NCBI RefSeq assembly: GCF_001194135.2
Contig: NC_068999.1
Span: 13,489,146-13,553,145 of the forward strand
Direction of reading: 5' to 3'
From: Octopus bimaculoides
Taxonomy: Eukaryota
DNA length: 64,000 bases
Shown here piece by piece: positions 39,961-53,395 of the stretch. Under the pieces are notes generated by a model. The model saw only the letters and a list, made by a program, of their open reading frames with translations. It had not been told where the DNA came from and did not search any database. Position numbers and translations under genes: made by a program. The number at the start of each line of letters is the position of its first letter. Within the stretch, counting starts at the first letter, position 1.

Positions 39961-42900
39961 TCACACACACACACACACACANNNNNNNNNNNNNNNNNNN
40001 NNNNNNNNNNNNNNNNNNNNNNNNNNNNNNNNNNNNNNNNNNNNNNNNNNNNNNNNNNNNNNNNNNNNNNNNNNNNNNNNNNNNNNNNNNNNNNNNNNNN
40101 NNNNNNNNNNNNNNNNNNNNNNNNNNNNNNNNNNNNNNNNNNNNNNNNNNNNNNNNNNNNNNNNNNNNNNNNNNNNNNNNNNNNNNNNNNNNNNNNNNNN
40201 NNNNNNNTATATATATATATATATATATATATTTATAATAATGTGTGAGTGTGAATTTGAATAAATGAGAGAAGCCGGACAGTTACTGTAATTGACATAA
40301 TTGATTTGCATTCTTCCTTCTAGATTGCACTCATTATTCAAATAAATATAAGAATAAAATTAATTATAGTAGTTGCTTATCTTGTTGTGCTCATGAATGC
40401 TATCATTGTTGCTTCTACTACACCGGCAATTGCAACAACATGTACGTTTAAAACATTCAGTCAATTTTTAATATATATAATTTGTTTCCTTCATTTAGCA
40501 TTTCAATATGTTACTACCTGATATTGGTTTCACAGCTACTTTAGTTAATTGTACATTTCTTGAGTGTTTTGATATATTTATGAAGGAACAAATCTGCCTC
40601 ACTCTCCTCAATCAATCATTTAAATTTCTTGCCGATGTTACTTAAATCCTTATTACAAGTATGATCCGTTTTAATTTACAATAATCCAAAATTCTTGAAG
40701 ATCCATTAATTTCTGACGTCTATATTTTGTACTCAGAATAGATGGTTCAAAGTCAGCATCAAATAAACAGCCAACTATTCCCTTCTGATGTTTCCCTGAT
40801 GCAGAATACAGGCTACTCATTTGAGCTTTCAACAGCTACTCATTTCAATTTTCAAAACGTATATTAAATTTCCAAATGTAGCTGAATTTTCAAAAACGTA
40901 CTGTAACGTTAGACGATCATTTTCCCCGAAGTGTTATCCTTCATTCTCATACCGATATCTACTTGGTCAAATCGTATTCATATTGGTTCTGCAACATATA
41001 TTTTCATGTCTACGATTCTTACAAGTCCTCTAGGTATTTTTCTCTATAAGTAGAAATTATATTTTGAACCATCTATTCTCTTTCAAGAAAGAAAATATGC
41101 AAACTGTGCAGATGACATGCCTCATGAACATTGTTTGAGGCAACATATCTTTATTGCTATGTATTTCAAAGCCTTACTCTGTTAAGCACACTCTTACCGT
41201 CATTTCTTTTTTAACCCCTTGAGCTACACTTTTGCCCAGTCCTTTTGATAGCATTGCTTTTCATCTTAAGTCTTATGAAACGCATCACAACAATACATTG
41301 CCTTAAAATCTAACACTTCACCTTAGTTGTCAACACTCAAAATGTATGGGAGGCTAACGCCTTGGAAAATAAAGGAGCGTATTTCGACATTGCTAACTAG
41401 TTGCACATGTGAAATTATTTTTGTATTTACCTCTATGAAGTAAAAAGTATCATACATATTAATTCCATTGGAGATTCTGATGTGCAGAATCATATGCGAT
41501 TTCAGAAGCGAAAATGCAAAAATGGACAAAAACATTTTTACCGTCGAGCTAAAGAATGTGCCAGCTCCCTGATTTAGCTTCAGATTTCATATTAAGACGT
41601 GGTATCACCTTGTGATAACGTTTGAAATATTTCTTCTCGGGGGAGATTTATTTAACAACCTAATCATCTACTCTTCGTCAGAATTTGGTGACTTTATATT
41701 ACGTAAGTTCAATTTTAAAGCTTTTATTTCCAGCGTGTCGAAATTCATTTGAATTTATTTAATTCATTGTGTACATTTCCTATCAACTATGTATACACAT
41801 TCATGCTTCATATTTCAATTTGTTCCTGGAGCTTCTCCCATTCCAAAATTCTGATGAGATTCTTTTGAAAGACGCCGTGTAATGGAATTATTATATTGTT
41901 GATACACAATGAAACTGAACGCTGGACAATGTGGTTGCAGACAATACTTCTGACCGCGCACTAATGCCTGCCATTCGTCCATATATGTTAGTTAGTAAAG
42001 AATTTTGCACACGAATGTACTTTTAGACAAAAATCGTAATCTTATTTTATTGTTTAACTATTTTAATTTCGTTTAATTTTCTATTATTTCAGAAATCGTC
42101 GACTGGAAGTTACAGGTGTATAAAATCCCGATATGAATCTTCTGTAGATTCATAAATATCTCAGCGTCACCTGTACTCCTTTCGAAACAAATATATTTAT
42201 GATATTTATCCCTTTCAGGATCTTATCGTTGGAAAACTCCTCACAATAATCTCATTTGTTCAGCATTTAGAATTCATCATTATGAAAAGAGACACTTTAT
42301 ACATAATATTTCTTGCTTGTTTTCAATTTAGATATGTGTATTTGTGTATGACTGTCTCAGTGTTTGTGTTTCTGTGTGTGATTGCGAGATGACTACATAC
42401 TTCATATTTAAGTATGTAAACCTTTGTGCAATTTCCTATCATCTATGAACAGATACTGTTAGCATAAAACGTCTTAAAGTTTGAATCATTTTATGGAGTA
42501 CATATATGCTTCTAAATGTAGCATTGCATTTGGTAACTTTCTCAAGCAAATCCCACCATCTGTTACATGTGCTGCAGAATACCTTCATATCATACACACC
42601 CACGAACTCATTAGATTTATCCCATGCTATACGTACACCCACTTCCAAGAAGGATTTCCCATCTCTATTATCTTCATTATAATTCTTGTTTTCACAAACC
42701 AGCATTAGCACACACACATATTGATATGTTTGAACAAAGTCAGGATTACCTTTGCTGATGTATATTCACATGAGAAGAATATCATGCTTGGCTCTTATAA
42801 AATATTTCATACCTTTATCTATTGCTATTCTAGCACACATATCGATATCTGCTATTTTAATTCAGCATCGGAGGATTATTATCCTAACTCTCCAAATGAT

Positions 42901-43649
42901 GTAAGCAGTCTCTATCTGACAGTTCTCATAGCAACACATGATACCTCTAGAATATCTTCCGTCAGAGTACACTTACGTATTTAGTATCTAAATGTTCTGT
43001 ATGAAGTGGACATTTCAGTATTATGCTGCAGTATAGGAACCCATTAATGGAATGTCCTTTTAAATTCAAACTAATCATTTATATCTGTAACATACTTGTT
43101 TTTAAATGATGCAGTTTATATTCAGGTCATCAGCATTTTTGCAGCTCTACATTCAATGACAATCCCAGTGTAAGATTCCATGTAATCGGATACATCTATG
43201 ATTACATATTAGCCGTTGCTATAAGAGTAATCACTTGTAGAATCATCCATCCTGAATTAATCGAATGCCGCAGAATTAGGTAATTGCTAGAGTACATAAC
43301 AAAATATCATATGAAATTTATTTTGGACACTTTCTCTTCTGTGTTCAAATTAAGATATAGTAAATCATTTTGTCTAGTTTTTTCAGTGTCGATTACAGTA
43401 TATGCAGTGATTGGGTCAGTTGTTTACATTAAATGCCTTCTGTGTATCTGCTTGTATAAAAAGAACAAAAAAGAAAATCATTGTTAACGGTTGTTTTATG
43501 ATGTTGTTTTATTTCTTTCTCACAAGAATTGTTAGTAGAACATAACTGGGAAAATGCTTAAATTAGTATAGTTTCCGATGAAATAAGTTGTTTCACAGCG
43601 CTACATAATGCAAGATTCTTACTTCCATACAGATATTTCGTCATCGAAT

Positions 43650-44720
43650 TGGGTACAAGTCCCCCATTTAGGCAATTTTGAGTCTCTCATTTAAGCTACT
43701 ACTAACTTCCTTTAACCAGAATCTTTGAAGCAATTCTGCTCCTAGGCCTTTCCAATCCTGCATATTTCCTAAAACTTGACTTACTAATAGACTTATTAAT
43801 CTTAGATGAGGCTGCTTCTCACTAACTAGCTCTACCCTCAACTTCTTTAAGCATGCTGCATCTTCATTATGCTTAAGTGGCTTACCCTAAATATCGCACC
43901 AGGACTTCCTACTTGTGCCTGATCAGAATTAGGCCTCTCATCTTTATCTAACGTATTTACTACTTATCTAACTATAAAATCTTGTTGAAACTACTTCACG
44001 CAATTTTTTTCTTTTTCTGGTGATCCTTAGATGTTCATTTAGGATATCCGGAAAACTTACGTGCTTTGCAAAGATACGCTTTTGCAGCTCTTACATGATT
44101 CCCCCTAATCATTTGTTTTCGACTAAGAAATGTTCTTAATATATTCTACTCTTACCTTTCCTAACTTGTCGTATTCCAGGCCTGAATTGTACTCGTACCT
44201 TGTCTGAAATCTTCACTTTATCTTCTGCTTTCCATCTGTTCTTTCCTAGTCTTGAAGTAGTACTTAGTTTTCTAGTAACAACTACCTCTCTTACGTAGTT
44301 GAATATGTTAGTGTTCCCTATATTTTTATTATCAATCATACAGATAAGAGAATCTAATTTCTTAGTAATATAGTACATCTTCTTTCTATTTTCACTTTTT
44401 AATGAGCTTAACATTTTTTTCCCTCTTTAATCATTTATTTCTTCAATTGACCTAAGATCTTCACATCTTACTTATTTACATTGCTGGTGTTAGGGTTCCC
44501 TTTCCGATTCATTGTTTTATCATTCCTTCTTGTAAGCTATTGCTTGGCCTCAACTATATCACTTAATCAACTTGCTTCATCCTGGTTTGTGCAGTTTATG
44601 TTTTCTATCTCTTATTTTAATTGCCTTGCGAAATCTTCTACCCCCAATTATGTTATTCACTGAGTTCGATTAATAGTATTAGCTACTTCCACTAGTCTTT
44701 GTTAATTAAGTTAATGCCGT
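43650..44720 (-). mobile_element. R4-clade non-LTR retrotransposon fragment (N-terminal region to start of RT), decayed
   Basis: Minus frames QRLVEVANTINR, DSLICMIDNKNIGNTNIFNYVREVVVTRKL, ELQKRIFAK, KHNEDAA, NMQDWKGLGAELLQRFWLK (about NWKAPGPDxxQGFWLK). Confidence 0.75.
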
Positions 44721-44841
44721 ATGTGCGTTTGTTATTGCATCAGCATCACCAAGAATCACATGTTTGTTTCTTCTTTTCCCAGTTTATTCCATCGTAGGTG
44801 TGCTGATATCATCTGATTAACTACACATACATACACATGTC

Positions 44842-44911
<70 letters not shown>

Positions 44912-45360
44912 NNNNNNNNNNNNNNNNNNNNNNNNNNNNNNNNNNNNNNNNNNNNNNNNNNNNNNNNNNNNNNNNNNNNNNNNNNNNNNNNNNNNNNNNN
45001 NNNNNNNNNNNNNNNNNNNNNNNNNNNNNNNNNNNNNNNNNNNNNNNNNNNNNNNNNNNNNNNNNNNNNNNNNNNNNNNNNNNNNNNNNNNNNNNNNNNN
45101 NNNNNNNNNNNNNNNNNNGCACTCTTAATCTTAGGCCACTTCGTTGATAAGCATCCATAGTTTTATTCAATCCGGATTTTTTTGTTGCACACAATCACAA
45201 TTCGAAACTTGTAATTATGTCTTGTTTTGCTAAAAGAGTTATGTCTCCGTGTAGCTAATCTATGTATATAGCTCCTTTTGTTTAAAGTCTGATAATGCTT
45301 TTGTTTAGCGGCGTGTCTGAAAGTTCAAAAGTTAATTTCGCTTATTCTGTTATTCATTTT

Positions 45361-45361
45361 C

Positions 45362-45408
<47 letters not shown>

Positions 45409-45432
45409 GTATTAGTATTATTATTATTATTA
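45361..45432. repeat. (TTA)n microsatellite, probable tail of the adjacent element
   Basis: Directly visible and abutting 45433. Confidence 0.9.
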
Positions 45433-45730
45433 CGGAGATGTACTTGCGACCTGATCTGAGATCGTGTGCTGGAACGAAAACAATTGCAGAGTCGAAGGTG
45501 TTTATAAGCCATTTAAGAAACACACAAACTCCGGTAGATTCACTTCAACATTGAAATTTAATTTGCCAATATATTTTCGTCGCATTGAGACCGCGACCTG
45601 TTCACTGACAAAATTCCGTGCAGCACAGAAGGCACGCCACATTTTCGATATATTGTTAAGATTCACTCGGCTGGTTGATGTACAATCGCAGATTGTTCTT
45701 CCTGTTGACAAACATAGATCATGCATTCTA
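45433..45730 (-). mobile_element. Short non-coding interspersed repeat with a hammerhead variant and (AAT)n 3' tail
   Basis: GC-richer unit (gatctgagatcgtgtgctggaacgaaaacaattgcag...) recalled as a common Octopus repeat; right boundary uncertain. Confidence 0.55.
45562..45612 (-). ncRNA. Minimal type I hammerhead motif with G3-C8 core variant
   Basis: UUUGUCA-GUGAACA-G-GUCGC ggucucaau GCGAC-GAA-AAUAUAU-UGGCAAA: 7-bp stem I (one G-U), 5-bp stem II, helix III one base from palindrome AAUAUU+U. Confidence 0.65.
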
Positions 45731-45894
45731 TGAGATCTCTTCCACCTCTCTTTCCATGCACATGCAGTGTGTTACTATCGCTTTTTGCGGTCTAGTCCCT
45801 TGTTAATTGTCATCAGGTTTATAGTATTCCTGTCCATTTTTAAAAGCTTGTTCCTTGTCCACCTAACATCCGCGCCGTACATCATTAAGGAAAC

Positions 45895-46332
45895 AGCTAT
45901 CAGCATCATCATCAGCCTTAACATCACCATCATCATCATCATCTTCGTCACGACGAGAACGACAACGACGACCACCACCACCACATCGTCATCGTCATCA
46001 TCATCATCATCATCATTAACATCATCATTTTCTATGTTTGTGTTGTTGTTGTTGTTGCTGTTGTTGTTGTTGTTCTTCTTCTTCTTCGTCTTCTTCTTCC
46101 GCCTCTTCTTCTTCGTCTTCTTCTTCTTCTTCTTCGTCTTTCTCCTCTTCTTCTTCGGCTTCTTCTTCGTCTTCTTCTTCTTCTTCTTCTTCTTCTTCTT
46201 CTTCTTCTTCTTCTTCTTCCTCCTCTCCTTCTTCTTCTTCTTCTTCTTCTTCTTCTTCTTCTTCTCCTTCTTCTTCTTCTTCTTCTTCTTCTTCTTCTTC
46301 TTCTTCTTCTTCTTCTTCTTCTTCTTCTTCTT

Positions 46333-46404
<72 letters not shown>

Positions 46405-46408
46405 GTTA
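45895..46408. repeat. Compound trinucleotide tract (ATC)/(ACC)/(TTG)/(TTC)n/(TTA)n
   Basis: Directly visible; source of poly-F/K/S ORFs. Confidence 0.95.
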
Positions 46409-48240
46409 TTCGAAATCAATAGTATAGTATGAAATGAAGTTGAGGTGTTTCAGTATTTCCTCTCTTCATTCACATCTATGTAACATTACTGAAATTTGGT
46501 AGTAGTAAATATATTCCGGGAAAATATATTCATCATTTCATTTGAAAATAATGAATGAACAATGCCATATAAATTGCTATTGTCTAATAATGTAAAAATA
46601 TAAATATATCATAATACCGTGACATTTATTAATTCATCATCTAAATTTGGTTATGGTTACTCGTCAGTAACTTAAAACAATGCATCAGTGAAGAATTTAA
46701 TGTTATTTTTTTGTTCTTGCGTCGTATGTTTTTCTCTCTCTTTCCTAATGGTCCCTCGACTCCCTGACCCGTTGCGCTTGTACCATCAATTAAAAATCAT
46801 AGATAAAATGTCTGCCTGTTCAAACGGACTTGACATTAGTTTAAAATGCTTTCTTTGCGCATTATATTTAATCAATATTGAACCACGTTTCTGATTTCTA
46901 AAACAGAACATACGAAAACAGCAGTACAGCATAAACAAATATAAAAGAAAACAAAATCAAATATAAAAGTAAAATGATTGAAAAATTAAACAAAATGAAG
47001 AAAGCCATATCAACAAATACTATAAACCACTCACTACTTCTCCAATTCTTCCCAACGCCATTTACAAGCAATGTCTGCTTCAATTTTTGTTTGAAAGTAA
47101 GGAAGTCTATAATAATATTAAGATTGTATTCAAAGTGTTATAAATCGAAAGTGTTATAAACGAAGATCAATATTGTGGTGAGGTTGGATGGGAAATGTTC
47201 GTTAAAATCATAATCAATATAACATCGATGCGTATTGTTGCTGCTGTACTTGATATCGCCATCGTAGTTATTAATGTTGTTTCGTATATCATTAGGTTTT
47301 TGTTGTTTATATTGCTACTATAAATGTTGTCGTTTCCATAGTCTAGTCGAATTTTAACGATGTAACACTATTGTTTTATAATTATTCTTCGGTTTCTCTA
47401 TATTTTCTCCGTCATGTTATGTTCATTTTTCATCGGTATTCAGAATATGATGCACTTGGCACAATTTCATATCAAGACCATTAAGAAATAATTATGCATT
47501 TCCCTAAGTTAACTAGCAATCCGTTCAACATGATATTAGAGAAAAAATGTTTCTTTTATGAGATGAACTGACAAGTATTTCAAGTATTTTAATAAGAACG
47601 AAACAATGTTTATAATGAACATATTCAAGTAAATTCTCATTCATCACTCTATTTTCTTTCTGACGTAGAGCTAATGTTTCTGGCGATGATTAATGCAGTT
47701 TTGACTAGACAAGATCCATGTTTTGGAGCGGCGATAGGTAATATTTGTTTGGTTACGAATGTAGTATTCACGGATTGATAATCAACTAAAAGGAATTGTG
47801 GTTGTTTGAGTCTCGGTGACCTGACTCAAAGCAAATGAACACTTTCTAGAAATAACGATACTTATGTATTCGCTGACCAATAACATAGCACAACTCATGC
47901 AAGAACAAGGCGTTAAAGAACTCATATTCTTTAGAAATAACAAATAATATACCAATGGAAACACGTACACAGCTAAATTATCATTACTGATAAAAAAATA
48001 AATAAATAAACGATAGGTGAACAAATCATAACGTAAAACAATTCAATATATACGACTGGATCTTACATGCCGATTTCATCAAGGATAAATGTTATCTTGA
48101 AAATGTCTCTGTATGTTAGAGATCTATTTGTAATCAATCTTTTGCTAACGAGGTATACAGATATAGGATGGAAAGGAAATATTCTCTCATTTATAAAGAC
48201 GCTTGAAATGAGTGTTACACATTAAATTGTATTGGTATCT

Positions 48241-48320
48241 TTTCCGTCTTTATGTTCTTTCTTCCTTTCAGAGTCGGTATAATACATACCAGTTGAGCAC
48301 TGCTGTGGGTGTAATGAGAT
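48241..48320 (+). mobile_element. Partial SINE family B with internal deletion
   Basis: ttccgtctttatgttc...tcctttcagagtcggtataatacataccagttgagcactg. Confidence 0.5.
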
Positions 48321-48399
48321 TCCGCTCATCTGCGAATTTGTTAGCCTTGACCGAAAAAGTATCCTCATTATTTGATGAAAACTCTGTACATATTTTGCT

Positions 48400-48733
48400 C
48401 TGTATGATGGGAAGTGTCAGCCTTTCACAGTCAGCAGACTAATGTGACACTGGTTATGTTTGAAGAACCCTACGTAGAATTATTGCACTTCCAAACAATG
48501 CTGACTTTTGTAGGTGTTCTACCATTACATTTGTACGAATCTTTTTCACCCAGGTTGGTACTAGTGTGTTGATACTTCCAAGTGCGCCTGTTATTATTGG
48601 TATCACGTCTACTTTCCTCATTGACCACAACCGTTGTATTTCTCACTTCAAATCGTCTTAGTTATTCGATGTTTCTTCTTTAACTTTGATCCTTTTTTGT
48701 CACCGTCACATGCTACGTCGATTATCATGAACG
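48400..48733 (-). mobile_element. R4-clade LINE 3' end (endonuclease C-terminus and 3' UTR)
   Basis: IIDVACDGD...EIQRLWSMRKVDVIPIITGALGS...HLQKSALFGSAIILRRVLQT-stop (stop at 48454-48456). Confidence 0.85.
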
Positions 48734-48807
48734 TTATTTAATTTTTATTCACCACAATAATGCCCAATTCCGATGTCTGTCAAGGTAGGTGATCGCACTG
48801 AAACAGT

Positions 48808-49000
48808 GCGGTGAGGCAGCAGAATCGTTACCAGCTGGGAAAAATGCCGCGTGGTATTTTGTCTGTCTTTACCATCTGATTTCAAATACTTCCGAAATCG
48901 AATTTAGCCTTTCATCCTCTGGTTGTCCATAAATTAAGTACCTGTGAATTGCTGGGGTCAACGTAATCAATTAGCCCCCTCCTACAAATATATGTTATTG
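48808..49000 (+). mobile_element. tRNA-derived SINE, family B, near full length
   Basis: gcggtgaggcagcagaatcgtta (A box)...tgatttcaaatac (B box)...gcctttcatcctctggttgtccataaattaagtacc...ctggggtca...tagccccctcc. Confidence 0.8.
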
Positions 49001-49984
49001 TGTATTTAGTAGACATGATTATTATGTTCTCTCTCTCTCCCCGACTTTTGTCACTTAGCAGAAGCTTAGTGACTCAACACTTTTCTCAATACATGGACTA
49101 TTCAAGCTTGCAGCCAACAGATATTTTTCCTATTATGATAGGTACTTTGCGTCTTTTGACACAAGAATATTCCTTTATTTGAGATAGTCTCAAGTGCATG
49201 GATCAAATTTAGTACCACGCTAACCTATGAAGCTCTATAGACGCGTGTATTTTCCAGTGTTAGCTCATGGTACTTGCCTATTTTCTAGAACTCTGTTTTC
49301 ACCGTAAACTTGTCTGCCATATAATCACGACGATGAAAGCCCATTGTTTGCGATCCCTCATTAGGAGAGTGATATATGGCTGGTTCTATTGTAGCTTAGC
49401 GTCTGTGTAGGTTGGATCATCTCATGTGAGTTTCACCTGCACCATTTCTGCTACTGGGAAACTTATTGAATCATTCTTCGAGAGTGGACTCAAAAATTCA
49501 TAAATTCACTGGGAAAGAATGATGCTATAACTGTGAAATCTCGCATACATTTATTTCGACTTTGCCTATTAATATCAGTTCTCCCCTTCTCCAGGTAAAC
49601 TGATATCCAACTGTTCAAAGAACATTTTCAAATTATAGACAGTAGCGACTTCTCGTAAAAATAAAAAATGTGGTTGAAGTTCTGTACTCACGAAGAAGGA
49701 TTTGTATTCATACTGATATTGTTGCTACATTAGGGGATCAAGCTCCAACTTTATAAACAATGAAAATGCAGGGCTGGATTTAGGTGAACGGAGATTCTTG
49801 ATGATCTTCCAACTACCGTAAGTTCTAAAGTACTGCTTCCTAGGAAAAGCATTGATCGTTTTCACCGCATTGTGATGGGACACAGGCAATTGTCCTCAGG
49901 TAGCAACGGCAAATCGAAGGAAACTGTGTGGTAATGTATTAATAAATGTTTGAAATATTCTCTATTCAACCTTGATTACGTGAG

Positions 49985-49995
49985 GAGAAGAAGAA

Positions 49996-50030
<35 letters not shown>

Positions 50031-50336
50031 AGAAAAGAAGCGGAGGAAGAGAAGATGGAAGAGGAAGTAGACGAATAATAAAAAAAGAGAAAAAACACAA
50101 CAACAACGACGATGAGAACAACGATAAAAACCAACAGTAACAACAGAAGAAAAAAAACGAGAGGGAGTAGAACAGCAGCAAGAAGAAGAAGAAGAAGAAG
50201 AAGAAGAAGAAGAAGAAGAAGAAGAAGAAGACCAAGAAGAAGAAGAAGAAGAAGAAGGAGAAAGAGAAGAAGAAGAAGAAGAAGAAGAAGAAGAAGAAGA
50301 AGGAGAAAGAGAAGAATAAGAAGAAGAAGAAGAAGT

Positions 50337-50367
<31 letters not shown>

Positions 50368-50489
50368 GAAGAAGAAGAAGTAGAAGAAGAATAGGAATAA
50401 GAAGAAGGAGAAGAAGGAGAAGAAGAAGAAGAAGAAGAAGTAGAAGAAGAAGGAGAAGAAGAAGAAGAAGAAGAAGAAGAAGAAGGAGT

Positions 50490-50550
<61 letters not shown>

Positions 50551-50751
50551 GAAGAAGAAGTAGAAGAAGAAGTAGAAGAAGAATAAAAAGAAGAAGAATA
50601 ATGAGAAGAAGAAGGAGAAGAAGAAGAAGAAGAAGAAGAAGAAGAAGAAGAAGAAGAAGAAGAAGAAGAAAGGGAATAAGAAGAAGACAAGGAAAAAGAA
50701 GAAGTAGAAGAAGAAGAAGAAGGAGAAGAAGGAGAAGAAGGAGAATAATAA

Positions 50752-50790
<39 letters not shown>

Positions 50791-50937
50791 GAAGAATAAG
50801 AAAAAAAGAAGCAGAAGAAAAAGAAGAAGAAGAAGTAGAAGAAGAAGTAGAAGAAGAAAAAGAAGAAGAAGTAGAAGAAGTAGAAGTAGACGAAGAAGAA
50901 GAAGAAAAAGAAGAAGTAGAAGAAGAAGAAGAAGAAG

Positions 50938-50969
<32 letters not shown>

Positions 50970-50995
50970 GTAGAAGAAGAAGAAGGAGAAGAAGG

Positions 50996-51026
<31 letters not shown>

Positions 51027-51063
51027 GAAGAAGGAGAAGAAGAAGAAGAAGAAGAAGAAGAAG

Positions 51064-51095
<32 letters not shown>

Positions 51096-51195
51096 GTAGT
51101 AGTAGTAGTAGTAGAAGAAGAAGAAGAAGAAGAAGAAGAACAAGAAGAACAAGAACAAGAACAAGAACAAGAAGAACAAGAAGAACAAGAAGATC
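49985..51195. repeat. About 1.2 kb (GAA)n purine tract with GTA/GGA/ATA/CAA variant units
   Basis: Directly visible; source of the 369-417 aa low-complexity ORFs. Confidence 0.97.
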
Positions 51196-53283
51196 TAGCA
51201 CTGCTTTTCTCTGTATCATAAGTAATTACTGATTTTCAGACTAGTTTACACCATGTTATATATATTTTTTCCTCTACAATTTTAAGTTAGTGTCCAGGCG
51301 TAAGTTAGTTATTTACTCCTAAATATCAGCAGTATTTGGAAGCATTCCAGTGCACTTCGTTCCTTTATTTCTCTAAGTGACGTCATTAATGTTCTATCAA
51401 TAGAAATGAAGTTAAGGTCAAATAAGCATTATATATATTTTTTTTTCTCCTTTATCAACTCGTCAGACTATAACGAAAGTGATGTTGATTCTATTGCAAG
51501 ATCAGTTGTCAGTTAGAGACCGAGAAATCTTTAAAATGAAACTTGACGTTTATTTGGCAACTATATGGTGTTTTAATAACTAGCATCTTGATTAAAAAAT
51601 CTGTCAAACCAAATAGCCGTATGATTTTCTTAATATATTAACTATATTTCGTTGGAAAATTTTGAGGAGATAATACAAACTAGAGGAGATGTTTAATGTT
51701 TTACCAGATTAAGCACTCACTGTTACTACATATGTTTACACCTATAAAGGAATAAGCTATCGTTTTATATATTTTCTTCTTTCGAACTAACGAAACACGA
51801 ATAACATATATATTAGTTAAGTCAATATGTGACGTTCAGTAAATTTGGGATTATTTCATCAATTTACTTCAAAATCAGGACTTAGCTTATGGCTGTGATT
51901 TACACACACGTACACACATACACACCACCCATACCTTGACAAGCACATAACGCACTCACCCGCGCACGAACACAGGCATACGCATGCGCACAACCGTAGA
52001 TTTAGGATTGTACTTTTGTAAGCAGAGATTTGATAAGACAAGTTATTATCAGGTATAATGTTTCCAGTATCCCCCTCTTGTAAAACGTGATACAAAGATA
52101 TGAAAGACGAACTTTATATAAAATACATTGCTTCAGCAAACCTCGGAATAATTGTCCCTGCTTCGCTTCATATTTATATCCCCAAATATAGAAAAAAAGT
52201 CTCATTGGGAAACGCGTGCATTTGATGTATTTTTACCCATTATTTCATTTCATATGGAGACAGTATAACATTTTCAAAGAAAACCCGGTTTTAACGTAGC
52301 AATATCTTTTTATATGTTTGCATTTTTATAACATTATCCACCAAATTGCAGGTCTCAGATTACGCATAAGGCGCCTAATACAAGTGTGTGACAATAAAGG
52401 TGAGCAACTGGTTAAATTTACGGTTGGTTCGCTTCCAACGACGAACACATGGAAATTGTACTTGTTACAAGAGAATGTGTTTTACAGTTTTCCTTCAAAT
52501 GTACATAGCATTTTCAGAATATCATTGCACTTTCCATGAACAAATACGAGAATAAGGAAATATATTCAGTTGAGTACTTCTACTTTTCCTATCATATTGT
52601 CTGAATAAACTCATCAAGGAAATACTTCTAAGTATTAATAAAACAATTTTACAAACTTGCGTGAAAACCGTGGACTCTAATTTGATTTTGGAGGAAACAC
52701 CCATATATTCACATGTATATTCAGAAATGCCATTTGCTTATGATTCTGAGAAGATTAACTTAATGCAAGGCAACTGCTGAGAATATTTCTGAGAACAATA
52801 TCAACAAACATGATAAGAGCAATTATCATTATTATAGGTTTGACTTTTGGTTTGCATTTGTATAAGGTGACTCCAAATCTCATAAAAGAGACCTCAAGAG
52901 ACGACAAGTTATATGTTCATGTTGGAGCTATGACTAGAGTGCCATATTTGGTTTTGTACAAAGTATTCTTCTAGAGAATATTTAAGAAATCATAAGAAAA
53001 TTACGAGTATGTCTAAAAATTTGAGATTACATAGACAGTATTTTACGTAGGATAAATGCAGTTCCCATGAGCACTAATTTTAGAATTTCTGCTATTTTGG
53101 AATTTCACGGTATTTACGCTAGGTAGCAATCAACCCCTTTTGCTATCATTCCTAGGGCACCTTTGAAAACAGGTATTGATTTAGGCTTTTCACATTTTGC
53201 CAATTTCTGTTTCAACAGCTTTACACTCGCACAGTGTTTGGTAGGACTTTGCAGATACGTTTATGCTGATTGAGACAGTCATA

Positions 53284-53395
53284 TCGATAAATTAAGTACC
53301 ATTTAAGCACTGGGGTCGATATAATCGACTTAATCCCTTTGTCTGTCCTAGTTTGTCCCCTCTATGTTTAGCCTCTAGTGGGCAATAAAGAAATA
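53284..53395 (+). mobile_element. 3' half of a family B-related SINE
   Basis: tcgataaattaagtacc...cactggggtcgatataatcgacttaatccctttgtctgtcc...ggcaataaagaaata. Confidence 0.7.

Noticed and set aside
45767-46432. Poly-Lys/Phe/Ser ORFs
   Set aside because: Compound trinucleotide repeat.
49962-51221. 369-417 aa poly-Arg/Glu/Phe/Ser ORFs
   Set aside because: Translations of a GAA microsatellite; no splice or codon evidence of a gene.
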